This document shows positions 1 to 9,194 of a DNA stretch of 64,000 nt, piece by piece. Source of the DNA: Nitrospirales bacterium (GTDB lineage Bacteria > Nitrospirota > Nitrospiria > Nitrospirales > UBA8639); NCBI GenBank assembly GCA_963555755.3, contig OY820905.2, forward strand, positions 3,072,001 through 3,136,000, in the 5' to 3' direction. Every line of letters starts with the position of its first letter. Within the stretch, counting starts at the first letter, position 1. The notes below the pieces were generated by a model. The model worked only from the letters and a program-made list of their open reading frames with translations. It searched no databases and was not told the DNA's origin. Both the position numbers and the translations under genes were made by a program.

Positions 1-513
1 TAATCGTTGACCAGGTTGAATCTGGCTACGGCGCAACGTCCGATAGCCAATAATTCCCGCACACAGAAGCGGCGCGGCTTCTTCGTCCGTGAAGATAGCA
101 GGAATGGGATAGGCAAAACGCTCAGACACTAGCGCATATTCCGCAAACCCGCCATGAACATGGTAGCCGGAAAATGTCGCCTTTCCGCAAAGATTCTCTC
201 GACCGCTCTGACAAAACTCACAAGTTCCACATGTTTGTTGTAGCCAAGCAACGCCGACGCGATCGCCTTCTTTGACGGTCGTCACACCTTCCCCAATGTG
301 ATCCACGACGCCGACAGTTTGATGCCCCGGAATAATCGGTCGAGTAGAAGCCGGCAACTCCCCTTCCACCACATGCAAATCCGTCCGGCAAATACCACAC
401 ACGTGAACTTTGACACGAACCTGCCTGGGCCCGGGTTCGGGCACCTGCAATTCAAGGAGCTGCAACGGAGCCGTGCTGATGTCGGCATCATGGTCAAGAA
501 GCATTGCTTTCAT
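1..513 (-). CDS. Zinc-dependent alcohol dehydrogenase family protein (N-terminal part; runs off window)
   Basis: Manual translation from ATG at 513: MKAMLLDHDADISTAPLQL...CGICRTDLHVVEGEL...GDRVGVAW...CGTCEFCQSGRENLC...APLLCAGIIGY. Catalytic and structural Zn motifs are present. Not in the ORF track because it has no stop in the window. Confidence 0.9.
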   Translation of the reverse strand, partial: MKAMLLDHDADISTAPLQLLELQVPEPGPRQVRVKVHVCGICRTDLHVVEGELPASTRPIIPGHQTVGVVDHIGEGVTTVKEGDRVGVAWLQQTCGTCEFCQSGRENLCGKATFSGYHVHGGFAEYALVSERFAYPIPAIFTDEEAAPLLCAGIIGYRTLRRSQIQPGQRL

Positions 514-585
514 GAGAGGGACCCTTCCTGCAGTATCAAAATTTTATCTCCCAAACCGAAGACGCATCGAATATAATACAGATTC

Positions 586-810
586 ATGAAACTTCAAAAA
601 CAATATACGGCTTTAAAAAAGATGTCCAAGGAAGAGGACAACTTTGTTGACGCTACACCGGCTGAACGAGTGTCCATGATAGGGGACCTGACCGCGGAAC
701 TATGGAGCCTGAGCGATCCCCAAGGTGTTGAACGAAGATTACAAAGAAATGTTGCAAAGCTTATCCGTCCCAAAAAGGACCATGGCGGAAAGACAAACTT
801 AATGGCATAG
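586..810 (+). CDS. Small hypothetical protein (74 aa)
   Basis: ORF with the pattern TPAERVSMIGDLTAELW...ERRLQR, similar to small proteins that often precede nucleotidyltransferases; no such partner here. Confidence 0.55.
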   Translation: MKLQKQYTALKKMSKEEDNFVDATPAERVSMIGDLTAELWSLSDPQGVERRLQRNVAKLIRPKKDHGGKTNLMA

Positions 811-826
811 AGGCTATGTATTTATT

Positions 827-862
827 CCCTCGCCCCTGAGGGGAGAGGGGAGGGTGAGGGGT
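827..862. repeat. REP-like palindrome
   Basis: ccctcgcccctgaggggagaggggagggtgagggg, a common intergenic REP-type sequence. Confidence 0.6.
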
Positions 863-883
863 TCTTTTCCATTCAAATTTCTA

Positions 884-913
884 TTGACATCCCCTGAGAA
901 AGAGGCCTAAAAT
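884..913 (+). promoter_or_regulatory. Sigma70-type promoter for the downstream structured RNA
   Basis: TTGACA (884-889), 18 bp spacer, TAAAAT (908-913); predicted start ~920. Confidence 0.7.
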
Positions 914-919
914 TTCCCC

Positions 920-1290
920 TAGGCGAACGTAGAAATACCACGCACCGGGAGGAGCACACGGAAAGGCTCTCCGGTATAACCAAGAGGGGTCAGACATGGA
1001 AGACCTCAGCCCACCGAAAAACTAAGGCCCGCAGCCAACCATCGGTTGATATCGCAAAGCGGGCTTTCAGCGTTGCCGTCCAGGCACCTTCCGAAATAAC
1101 GACTGTGCTCGTCAGCACAATGGTTCAATGGACCAACAAACGTATCGGAAAGGCACCTGAATCTAAAAAGGAAAGGACGGAAAGGGCTTGAACAACAGTC
1201 CACCTTTCGGCAACCAAGCCAAATATAAAACGCAATTCGGCCAGCGGGTCAAAACGACAATTTTAGAAGTACACGCGCCCCAAGCGCGAA
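920..1290 (+). ncRNA. Large structured non-coding RNA; candidate circularly permuted raiA-motif-like RNA
   Basis: No credible ORF. At least 10 nested helices, several with G-U pairs on the + strand. Flanked by a promoter and a terminator hairpin. Motifs AGGCGA, GGGGUCA..AAGACC, GCCAG..CAAAACGA, UUAGAAGUA. Confidence 0.7.
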
Positions 1291-1294
1291 CCCC

Positions 1295-1338
1295 CCACGG
1301 GCCCCCTTTCAAAAAGAAAGCGGGCCCGTGGTCGTTTT
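1295..1338 (+). terminator. Probable intrinsic terminator
   Basis: CCACGGGCCC-CCTTTC-aaaaa-GAAAG-C-GGGCCCGTGG hairpin followed by tcgtttt. Confidence 0.6.
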
Positions 1339-1749
1339 AGAGAAAAAACTTTTCCTAAGAAAATCCGCCCGCCTTTTCAATACTATTTTCACTGCCAAAT
1401 CTACTCCAACCTCTGTGGCTAACCTCGATTTTTCAACGGTTTTAGCTTAAGCTTTTAAGGGGGTCAAAAAGAAATGTTTAAAAAGGAATAGATTTTTCTC
1501 CTGTGGCTATTCCTTGGGAGCAGCTTGATTATGCTTCTGACGCTCTTCTTTTTTTATTTCGACTTTTTTTAGAAATGTAGGTTGGGCAATATCTACCTCC
1601 AATCTCCCTGGTGATCCAAGGAGACATGAATAGGGAGTACCTCTGTTGATGATGTGCTTACAAACTTTCGTCATGGAGGCGGGGCTGATTTGGGGCCAGA
1701 TCTTTTGTTGAAAGGTTTGTGGAAATAAGAATATCAAAAGTTTATCTTA

Positions 1750-2070
1750 CCCCGCGTTGGGCGCAGCGGAGCCACAGTCCCGAATCGACTTTTTTGGCGA
1801 AGGCTGTTTGAGCGGAGCGAGTTCCTGAGCCATGTGATTCGGGGCGGAGGCGGAGGCACCCGGAGGAGAAGAGACAAGAATCTCCGCCAGCAGCGTTCTC
1901 GTTGCTTGTAACCCTCAACGTACTAAATGTACGCCTCGGATTACTCGCTGCCTGCGGCCTTGCTGGCGAAGATTCTTGACTCTTCTCTGGAGGGCTGCGC
2001 ACAGGCAAAAATGGTTTTGGACACTTTTGCCGAAACAAAAGTGTCTCGTCGCGCGGGGACGAAACCCCGC
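1750..2070 (+). repeat. Dispersed repeat family A, copy 1 (contains a nested MITE at 1866-1987)
   Basis: Shares ggctgtttgagcggagcgagttcc...tggttttgg-cttttgccgaaacaaaag...gaaaccccgc with copies at 13029, 14623 and 59186/60001. Confidence 0.85.
1866..1987. mobile_element. MITE nested in repeat A1
   Basis: TIR gagaagagacaagaatct / agattcttgactcttctc; imperfect 5-bp duplication cggag/tggag; absent from the other A copies. Confidence 0.75.
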
Positions 2071-2083
2071 AAAGATAAAAATT

Positions 2084-2881
2084 ATGCCAAGCCACTTCAC
2101 CAGCATAGGATTTCCCGCTGAGTCGGTAGAAGAAATTGAAGCGTTAGCGTTGAAAGTTATTGCCGATACAAGGACTTTCAATTGTCCCAAGGGACGTTAT
2201 CTTCGTTGGGCCAGTGGAGAAGGTGCGGAATTGTGGCTTCAGATGGATGAGGCCTATAACCTGATTGGGGTCACACCGTTTTTTCAGAAAAAATCCGTGA
2301 TGAATGTGAGCATAACACGTGTGTTTCATCGTGAAGACGACACCGTTCTTGAGGGCGGGATTCGGGGATGGGTGAATCCCAAACATCACAATCCACAGAT
2401 AGGCGCGTTCGAGTTTGTGTGTGATGTGGTGGATATCGGACGTTATCCAAACTTGGACGTGCCGTTGATCAGTCCCATACGTCTGTCTGCGTTTGCCTAC
2501 AATTTGGATGTCTTCTCCTCACTAGAAGCGTTTCATGCTTCGGAGACCGGCCAGGGAAAACCCAATCCGGAATCGTTCGTCCAGTCGGGATTGACGAAAA
2601 TGGGTGAAAGAACCTCTCTTCTGCCGGAATCGTACGCGGATATTTCCGGGCGTGTGGTCGAGACGGCGATACTTCGAAATTCTCACGCGAACCAGGAGTA
2701 TTATTGGGTCCTCGTTCGGACGGATGGCGGGATAATCGATGTGGTGTGTGACCCCACCCTTGTTGCCGAACCCATCACGTCGGGCGACATCGTTTCAGGA
2801 TATTTTTGGTTGTGCGGGGAAATCCTGAAACCCCAAGTCCAACAGAAAAAGAGTCTGAAGGAGCTGTTCTTTGGACGATAG
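2084..2881 (+). CDS. Hypothetical protein
   Basis: Long ORF. Start placed at MPSHFTSIGF because the upstream extension lies within repeat A1. Confidence 0.75.
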   Translation: MPSHFTSIGFPAESVEEIEALALKVIADTRTFNCPKGRYLRWASGEGAELWLQMDEAYNLIGVTPFFQKKSVMNVSITRVFHREDDTVLEGGIRGWVNPKHHNPQIGAFEFVCDVVDIGRYPNLDVPLISPIRLSAFAYNLDVFSSLEAFHASETGQGKPNPESFVQSGLTKMGERTSLLPESYADISGRVVETAILRNSHANQEYYWVLVRTDGGIIDVVCDPTLVAEPITSGDIVSGYFWLCGEILKPQVQQKKSLKELFFGR

Positions 2882-2891
2882 CATCACAAGC

Positions 2892-3085
2892 TCGTGGTTC
2901 CTGAAAAAGTCTTTTGTCAGAAGATTGGCATGTGGAGGTGAAGCGAGCCGGCTCCTCGCTCCATCCTCGGAAAGAGAAAACGCAGCAAAAAAAACTCTCA
3001 GGTGCCTGAGAATGGCCCGTAAGTTTTGGCCTACGCCACAGAGGAGGGCATTGAGCTTATCGCCTGCCGCACCCTTTGGAATGGG
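2892..3085 (-). pseudogene. IS5-family transposase C-terminal remnant with right end
   Basis: Translation KGAAGDKLNALLCGVGQNLRAILRHLR matches typical IS5-family C-termini; end-like sequence tttttcaggaaccacga. Confidence 0.65.
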
Positions 3086-3102
3086 GTCAGGTATTAACTT
3101 AA

Positions 3103-3243
3103 GGACACCTCTACAAACCAGGCATTTTTTGTGAGGGCAAGGAAGCCGCGCGCGGAAAACCGGAGTGTATGGGCGAATCCATGAGGATGTGAGCACGCGG
3201 CTGACGCCGCCATCACAGAAAAGGACGGTTTTTAGAGGTGCCC
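3103..3243. mobile_element. MITE family C, copy 1
   Basis: TIR ggacacctctacaaacc / ggtttttagaggtgccc flanked by TTAA on both sides; near-identical inverted copy at 9054-9194. Confidence 0.85.
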
Positions 3244-3307
3244 TTAACCCCTTTTCCTAACGCTGGTGGGCAATAGGAAGGGCTGACTAGGTTCCCGGCC
3301 TTTGCAC

Positions 3308-4195
3308 TTAATTCTTCCAAGTGAAGCCGGAGGCGCTGGCTAATTCACGGGGTTTCTGGAGGCCGGTGAGGCGCTGGTCATCGATGATCCACGTTGGGTA
3401 GCTCTTGATGTTATTGGAGGCACAGGGGGCGGTGAGGGGGCTGCCGCGCCCTCCTGAGCTGCATTCGACATAGGGCAGCCGCTTCGCTGATGACTTAAAA
3501 AGCTCTTTCTGTTCCTGGCAGCGGGGACACCAGTACGCGCCATAGAATTTGGCCCCGGTGTCTGCCATGTGGATGGCCAGCGCTCGAAGCTGGGGGTCCT
3601 CAGGTCCGGCTGACGCATCAAACACTCCGCTATAGTGCATGTGCAGCGCGCCTATGATCAGCACGGCTACTATCGTTGCTTCCTTTACCGACGTCATCCA
3701 ATTGAGAGGTTGCTTGACAAGGGTGAGGATCATGATGGTGGTCATGATGGCGAACGACGCGAGGCAGTAAGGACAGGTCGCCTCGATTTCAATCATGGAA
3801 ATAATGGTCAGATAGGCACTGATAGCGAAGCCGCAGAACGCGACGAAAATCAATGGTGTCCAGCTGCCAGGCTTCCTTCGTGCACGCCAAACCAGTCCTG
3901 CAATCACGACATAGGTGAGACAACCCCAGAGAGCCATAGGAAAACCAAGGAAAGTCGCCCAGCGACTGCTTTGCACGAGGTCGCAACCGGAGCCCTCGCT
4001 GCAGAAGGCCGGGTGCGTCTCGAACGAGGCTGCGTAGGTGAGGTACGTCGTCAACAGGATTCCAGCCACTGCAAGCGCGAGTACCGCGATATGAATTGGT
4101 GACATTCCCTTCGGCTCACGGGTTGGTGTGGTACCCGACGTGCTTTGAGTTCCGTCCGTACTCGCCGCTTTTTCACGTTTAGAGCGTTTTCCCAT
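3308..4195 (-). CDS. Vitamin K epoxide reductase (VKOR) family protein fused to a thioredoxin-like domain
   Basis: FCSEGSGCDLVQSSRWA, TM helices, CPYC, then FYGAYWCPRC...YPTW. Confidence 0.92.
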   Translation of the reverse strand: MGKRSKREKAASTDGTQSTSGTTPTREPKGMSPIHIAVLALAVAGILLTTYLTYAASFETHPAFCSEGSGCDLVQSSRWATFLGFPMALWGCLTYVVIAGLVWRARRKPGSWTPLIFVAFCGFAISAYLTIISMIEIEATCPYCLASFAIMTTIMILTLVKQPLNWMTSVKEATIVAVLIIGALHMHYSGVFDASAGPEDPQLRALAIHMADTGAKFYGAYWCPRCQEQKELFKSSAKRLPYVECSSGGRGSPLTAPCASNNIKSYPTWIIDDQRLTGLQKPRELASASGFTWKN

Positions 4196-4246
4196 TGTCG
4201 ATCCCCTATTGAGTCACAATTTTTGTAAGCCGTCTTGCGCTGGGAA

Positions 4247-4771
4247 TTATTTGTGTGCCGGTACCGTTTGGAATTGTTTCAAATGTTCCGAAAGCATTTC
4301 AGCAACTTTTCCAAGATCAAAGGGCCATGCATAGGTCAACGTTACATCAGGATGTTTCTGGCGAAGCTCCGCCATTTCCTGTGGGATTTCAAATTCTGAA
4401 TGAGATCCACCTGGGGTGAACATGGTGGACACCACGGTAATATCTATCGCGCCATCCGCGATGTGTTGTTCAATCGCTTCACTGAGGGTCGGGGTACAGA
4501 ACTCGTTATAGGCGGTTGAGAAATGTGTGCTATCTAACAAAGATTTTAAGTGGGTGGCTAATGAATCAAGTCCAGCTTGATACGGTTCGGTTTCGGGCGT
4601 TCGCGGCCAGTGCCGGATTTTCTGGTCAAGCTCATGTTCCTCTTTGGACATCGGTACCCCGGCAGCTTTTCGTTGTGACTCCAAACGTTTGAGTTTGGTC
4701 ACAAGATCCCCAGGGTAATCTTTGGGTATACCACCATGGCCGATTAAAATGACTGCGCGTGTTGTTCCCAT
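4247..4771 (-). CDS. CbiX/SirB-type sirohydrochlorin chelatase
   Basis: LIGHGG, AYNEFCTPTL, PGGSHSEFEIP, YAWPF. Confidence 0.8.
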   Translation of the reverse strand: MGTTRAVILIGHGGIPKDYPGDLVTKLKRLESQRKAAGVPMSKEEHELDQKIRHWPRTPETEPYQAGLDSLATHLKSLLDSTHFSTAYNEFCTPTLSEAIEQHIADGAIDITVVSTMFTPGGSHSEFEIPQEMAELRQKHPDVTLTYAWPFDLGKVAEMLSEHLKQFQTVPAHK

Positions 4772-4918
4772 TGTTCCCACTCCTATCTCTAAGCCCAAAG
4801 TTTCCCCTCACACGCATGATGTACCTGAAAGTGTTTCTCCTGCTCAAACATGGACTGTTGAATATTTCCCGTCAATAGCCAATAAAGGTTTCAGCTGAGC
4901 TACGCATCGCCAATGGGA

Positions 4919-5083
4919 GGGAATGTTCAAAACGTCCGTTGTCTGACCCGCCCAACCCAAGCGCGCCAAGACGCGCCCTTCCACGGGCAAGGCCGCAGCC
5001 CTTTTGACGCGCGGAGCGTACTCATAGTACGTGAGCACGGCAAAAGGGCGAGAACGCCGCTGGCGACTTTTTTCAACATTCCC
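4919..5083. mobile_element. MITE family B copy
   Basis: TIR gggaatgttcaaaa / ttttcaacattccc; core gcaaggccgc...ggagcgtac..gtacgtgagc...aacgccgctgg. Confidence 0.85.
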
Positions 5084-6065
5084 AAACATGATTGCGCAGC
5101 AACAATTCTTTGGGGTGAGGATTCAGATAGGTTTGATCCTGTAAATATGGAATGTCAAAGATCTTAACATAGTGCCGAATCAACGTGATGGGGACACTCA
5201 GTGGCACAAGGCCCTGGTGATAATCGTGAATCACTTCATGTAATTCGACGCGGGCAATTTCATTCAATTGCCTCTTAAGAAGACCAGCCAAATGTTGGAG
5301 CACGTTCCTGTGCTTCCGAACTGTGGTTTTGACGGCTAAGGCTTTCATAAATAATTGACCGTACAATGTAGCCAATCTCCGAGGGGTACATGGTTGAGCG
5401 TTGGCCAATAATTGACCAAGTTTATGGAAATGGTGTCGGCTGTGGGCCAATAAGAGATATTTTTGGGAAGTATGAAATGAAACGAGTGCCTGTTTGGAGA
5501 GCCGTCCGTTCATGGTATGGGACTGCCACCGATGATAGCCAAATACTCGCTCGATAAAATTTTCCCGAAGGCGTTCGTCCTGAAGGCGGTCTTCTTCCTC
5601 AATAGGAACCAACGGGAACATATGTTGAAACGCGTTAGCGAAGATTCCCTTCCCGTTCCCTATACCCTGTCCTTCGCGGGCATACACTTGTACTCGCTGT
5701 GCCCCGCAGCTAGGAGAATTTTTTTTAAACACATATCCGGAAAGGTTCAAAGATTGTAAATCTTGTAACCGTGTTTTGGCATAACGACGCATGACATTGG
5801 TGTTATCGTTGCCAGAACGAATCGTGATCAAACGTGGTTCAGCCAGATCATCGACTAAGCGCATCGACTCTCTTGGTGTGCCGAATCCCGCTTCGACTTC
5901 GGGGCAAACCGGAACCCACTCCACGTGCTTCCCGAGAATATCCACGAGAAATTGGTCACGTTTATGGCCCCCATCGTATCGAACGGGTTCACCCAGTAGG
6001 CATCGACTAATGCCGAGACGAAGAGGTTGTGATTCTCTTAAAATATGTGGGGAGTGTCTGGTCAT
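5073..6065 (-). CDS. DUF523/DUF1722 (YbbK-YbgA, 2-thiouracil desulfurase family) protein
   Basis: GISRCLLGEPVRYDGGHK, VCPEVEAGFGTPRE, KKNSPSCG, C-terminal YLNPHPKELLLRNHV. Confidence 0.92.
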   Translation of the reverse strand: MTRHSPHILRESQPLRLGISRCLLGEPVRYDGGHKRDQFLVDILGKHVEWVPVCPEVEAGFGTPRESMRLVDDLAEPRLITIRSGNDNTNVMRRYAKTRLQDLQSLNLSGYVFKKNSPSCGAQRVQVYAREGQGIGNGKGIFANAFQHMFPLVPIEEEDRLQDERLRENFIERVFGYHRWQSHTMNGRLSKQALVSFHTSQKYLLLAHSRHHFHKLGQLLANAQPCTPRRLATLYGQLFMKALAVKTTVRKHRNVLQHLAGLLKRQLNEIARVELHEVIHDYHQGLVPLSVPITLIRHYVKIFDIPYLQDQTYLNPHPKELLLRNHVWEC

Positions 6066-6088
6066 TGGTACAACAAAAATGTGAGTCC

Positions 6089-6568
6089 TTAGATTTGTTT
6101 TTCTTCGGCGAGCATTTGTTCGCTCACACGGATAATCCTTACCGCTCTGACATCAGAAAAGGTTTTGACCTGCAGGGTGACGGATTTTCCGATCTCACCG
6201 CGAATCATGGCCACTACCTCCCGGTACGTTTTCCCCTTGATGGACTGGCCATCAACCGCCAGAATTTCCTGCCCATGCATGAGCCCCGCCTTGACTGCCG
6301 GCCCCATGGGATGGGTGGCCCGGATAAATAGGCCGGCAGGATCACCAACGCGTTTGGCAGTGAGATGGAGCGCGACACCAATGATACCTGGCGGGGGTCT
6401 CATGGGGTCTGACCTATCCCCGTGGGGATTTCCCTGATTTGGGTAACCACCCTGGGCATGACTCATTACCGGTGCTAACAGGAGCATCCCGAGGAGGGCT
6501 CCTGCTAGTATCCAATTCTCGAAGGTTAGAAGGTTCTGAGTGGTTGGTGACGTCCCCGGTGTTTTCAT
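6089..6568 (-). CDS. Exported PDZ-domain protein
   Basis: N-terminal hydrophobic segment; GIIGVAL...GPAVKAGL..GQEILAVDGQSI...IRGEIGKSVTL. Confidence 0.8.
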   Translation of the reverse strand: MKTPGTSPTTQNLLTFENWILAGALLGMLLLAPVMSHAQGGYPNQGNPHGDRSDPMRPPPGIIGVALHLTAKRVGDPAGLFIRATHPMGPAVKAGLMHGQEILAVDGQSIKGKTYREVVAMIRGEIGKSVTLQVKTFSDVRAVRIIRVSEQMLAEEKQI

Positions 6569-6591
6569 CCTTTTCTCCTAACAATTGGTAA

Positions 6592-8040
6592 CTACTCAGG
6601 TGTGATGATCTTTGTAGTGAATTGTGCAGGCATAAAGGGGTGGCCGATCATGGCTTGTGAAATGGCTTGCAGCATGTTGCCGCCCTGCTTTCTCGCGGTA
6701 GAAAGGTAGCTTCGTATGCGGGCGAACTGCCTCGCGCCTTGAAGCGTTCGAAAACACCCGGATATTTTGAGGCGGAGCTTGATCATGCGGATATCCTGTT
6801 CTGCCAGATTATTAGTGAAGGGAACCTGTCTGTCATGGAGGAACGCGAGCACGGAGGCTTCATGCTCGCCAAGACGGGTGAGGAGATTTTGGGCCTTGGT
6901 CTTTTTGGGCCGGCCTCGTGACTTTTTCTGTGGCGGTGCCGGAAGGGGGTTGGCCTGCCATCCGAGGGTGAGAAGATCCCTGTATTGTTTCAGCCAGGGG
7001 GTTTTCTGTTCTTCCGTTAACTGTGCGAGTTGCTTGCTGACAAACACGTTCATCGTCAGCAACAGGTCAAACATGTGTTTGGCCCATGGTTGTTCGTGCT
7101 GCTCGAACAGGCACGTGAGTTCCCGCAAATGATGGGCGTTACAGAGGCCGTGGGCACAGTCATAGGAGAGATAGGGTTTCCAGAAATCGTGGATCAGGCG
7201 GCCAGCAAAATCCGGGAGGATCTGGAACTGCTCGATCGCCTCTCTTCCCCGTTTGGCGTGCACACCGTAAAAGGTCAACGTGGCCGTGCTGGCACTGTGG
7301 AGCCAGTGGAGCGTCCCGGCCGTGCGGACGCCGCTTTCATCGGCATGGAGGATGGGACTCTTGCCGAGCGCTTCTTTGACCGCAGTCTCGAACGGCGCGA
7401 GGTGCTCATAACTTCGGCGGGAGGCCTCGTCAATGGTGGCGTCGCTGACCGAGGCGCCATACAGATCAGCCATCATCTGGCTGACACGGCGTAAGGGGAT
7501 CAACTGTTGGTTCTGGAGGTAGACCAGGAGGCTGCGAAATCTGGGACCGTACTGTGCCGGCGCAGGCAGGTCATCAGGAAATGACGCCGTGACCGAGCGG
7601 CCGCATTGGGGGCAGGTTTTGATTGCTCCCCGATATTCGGTGACGTCGAGTTTTGGCTCCGGCAGTTCAAAGAGCTGCCGGCGTTCATAGCCGGTGACCG
7701 TCTCGTTGGTGAGGTCGGCATGGCAGGAACAGGAGTGAACAGGCAGGTGGACCAGGTGGTCTGGGGTTTCCACCTGTTTTAACGTCTGGCCGGCATGTCC
7801 CTGTTGGCCGCCCGGCTTTTTCCCGGAAGGTATGCGCAGGCTCTTGGTTCGGGGCTTGGCCGGTCCATCGGACGAGGGCGGTTTGCTGCTGTTGCGACTG
7901 TGTTGGTCGAGCCGCTGTGCCAGTTCGGTGACATGCGTGGTCAGCGCCTGCCCCTGTTCCTGCAGCGCCAGGATCAGTTCGACGAGCGCCTCGGGGTTGC
8001 TCTTGGCCAGGATGAGGAGTGCGTCGCGGGTGAAGGTCAT
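6592..8040 (-). CDS. IS66-family transposase (TnpC-like)
   Basis: NSSKPPSSD, KPGGQQGHAG, Zn finger CPQCG, LHADESG, LCNAHHLREL, FTNNLAEQDIR. Confidence 0.95.
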   Translation of the reverse strand: MTFTRDALLILAKSNPEALVELILALQEQGQALTTHVTELAQRLDQHSRNSSKPPSSDGPAKPRTKSLRIPSGKKPGGQQGHAGQTLKQVETPDHLVHLPVHSCSCHADLTNETVTGYERRQLFELPEPKLDVTEYRGAIKTCPQCGRSVTASFPDDLPAPAQYGPRFRSLLVYLQNQQLIPLRRVSQMMADLYGASVSDATIDEASRRSYEHLAPFETAVKEALGKSPILHADESGVRTAGTLHWLHSASTATLTFYGVHAKRGREAIEQFQILPDFAGRLIHDFWKPYLSYDCAHGLCNAHHLRELTCLFEQHEQPWAKHMFDLLLTMNVFVSKQLAQLTEEQKTPWLKQYRDLLTLGWQANPLPAPPQKKSRGRPKKTKAQNLLTRLGEHEASVLAFLHDRQVPFTNNLAEQDIRMIKLRLKISGCFRTLQGARQFARIRSYLSTARKQGGNMLQAISQAMIGHPFMPAQFTTKIITPE

Positions 8041-8924
8041 GGCTTGCTCCGGCAGAGGGCCTGTCGGAAGTGGCGGATGAGGGGATAGAGATAAATTGCC
8101 TTCACCGGCACGCGCAGAGCCTTGTCACGGTCCTGCCGGGACCGGCCTTTGGTCTGCCCGACATAGAGCCAGTTCGCGGCCTGATAGCAGATACCTTTGA
8201 AGCGGTCTCGCTCCACAAAGGTCTCCACCAAGTGGACGGGATGGCCGTATTTCTCGATCCAGTCCTGCCGGAGACGTCTCATGACCCGGCCCAGGAGATG
8301 GCTGGCCAGATGCGGCACACGCACCCAGGGCAGGATGAGAAAGCGGGTATTGTTGGTCATGAAGTTGAGGTTGGCGGCTCGGGTGTCCGGCTCCCAGCCG
8401 ATAAAGGTGTCGCGCGGGGTGGTTTTCCAGGCGGCGGAACCGAAGAGGAGGCAGGCCAGATCCTGCCCGGAGCGATCCCGCACCAGGTACTTGAGATGTT
8501 CACCGACCGTTCGGGTGAACCCGAGGTAGTGATGGTGGCTCAGGTAATATCCCACACAACTGGCTTCGTAGGAATGTGAGGTTGGAATATGAATGGACAG
8601 GGGCGTCAGGGTCTTGAGAGCTGCGTCGATGTGCGGGGCTTCGGGAGGCATAAACCCCTTTCGGAAAGGGGGGAAGATGTTGCGTCGAGAGGCGACACGA
8701 ATCGGGGGCAGCTTCAGGAGCCCGCGATGTTCGAGTTTGTCGATCATGCTGCGGGCGGCAAAGGTTTTCAGTTGTCCGGACGGGGTCTGCCAGCCCCAGT
8801 GCCGACAAATATGCTGGGTTATTTTATGGCGGCTCCAGTCAGGGTGCCGGCAAACCAGATGGCGTAACCAGCACAGATCAGATTGGGGGAGGCGACGACC
8901 TTGACATGTAATCGCTTCATTCAT
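8037..8924 (-). CDS. DUF4338 (Druantia DruA-like) domain protein
   Basis: HHYLG, RDTFIGW, NNTRFLILPWVRVPHLAS, VETFVE..RFKGICYQAANWLYVGQTKG; its stop overlaps the transposase start (ATGA). Confidence 0.85.
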   Translation of the reverse strand: MNEAITCQGRRLPQSDLCWLRHLVCRHPDWSRHKITQHICRHWGWQTPSGQLKTFAARSMIDKLEHRGLLKLPPIRVASRRNIFPPFRKGFMPPEAPHIDAALKTLTPLSIHIPTSHSYEASCVGYYLSHHHYLGFTRTVGEHLKYLVRDRSGQDLACLLFGSAAWKTTPRDTFIGWEPDTRAANLNFMTNNTRFLILPWVRVPHLASHLLGRVMRRLRQDWIEKYGHPVHLVETFVERDRFKGICYQAANWLYVGQTKGRSRQDRDKALRVPVKAIYLYPLIRHFRQALCRSKP

Positions 8925-9053
8925 GGCCCCGATTATGCCATGGGTGGAGCCGTTAGTCCAGAAAAAAATCAGGCTATAGAAAATTGACCTGAGTAGTTAC
9001 AACAATTGAAGGTGTTGGGACATGAAGGCTCAATGGAAAATTTTTTGAATTAT

Positions 9054-9194
9054 GGGTACCTCTAAAAACCGTCCTTTTCCGTGATGGCGGCATCAGGCGC
9101 GTGCTCACATCCTCATGTATTCGCCCATACACTCCGGTTTTCCGCGCACAGCTTCCTTGCCCTCTCAAAAAATGCCGGGTTTTTAGAGGTGCCC
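9054..9194. mobile_element. MITE family C, copy 2
   Basis: Inverted near-copy of 3103-3243; abuts the stop codon of the radical SAM gene. Confidence 0.85.

Larger units (their letters stand above)
6588..9000 (-). mobile_element. IS66-family insertion sequence (2413 bp) carrying a DUF4338 gene
   Basis: TIR GTAACTACTCAGGT at both ends; perfect 8-bp TSD AACAATTG (6580-6587 and 9001-9008). Confidence 0.93.

Noticed and set aside
1006..1203. 65-aa minus-strand ORF
   Set aside because: No RBS or family features; it lies antisense to the structured RNA.
920..1290. RNase P, SRP, 6S, tmRNA or intron identity for the structured RNA
   Set aside because: No GAGGAAAGUCC RNase P signature, no SRP domain IV, not a single 6S-like rod, ssrA is elsewhere, and there is no group II DV.
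1507..1737. 76-aa minus-strand ORF in AT-rich DNA
   Set aside because: No recognisable motif; cannot be supported as a gene.
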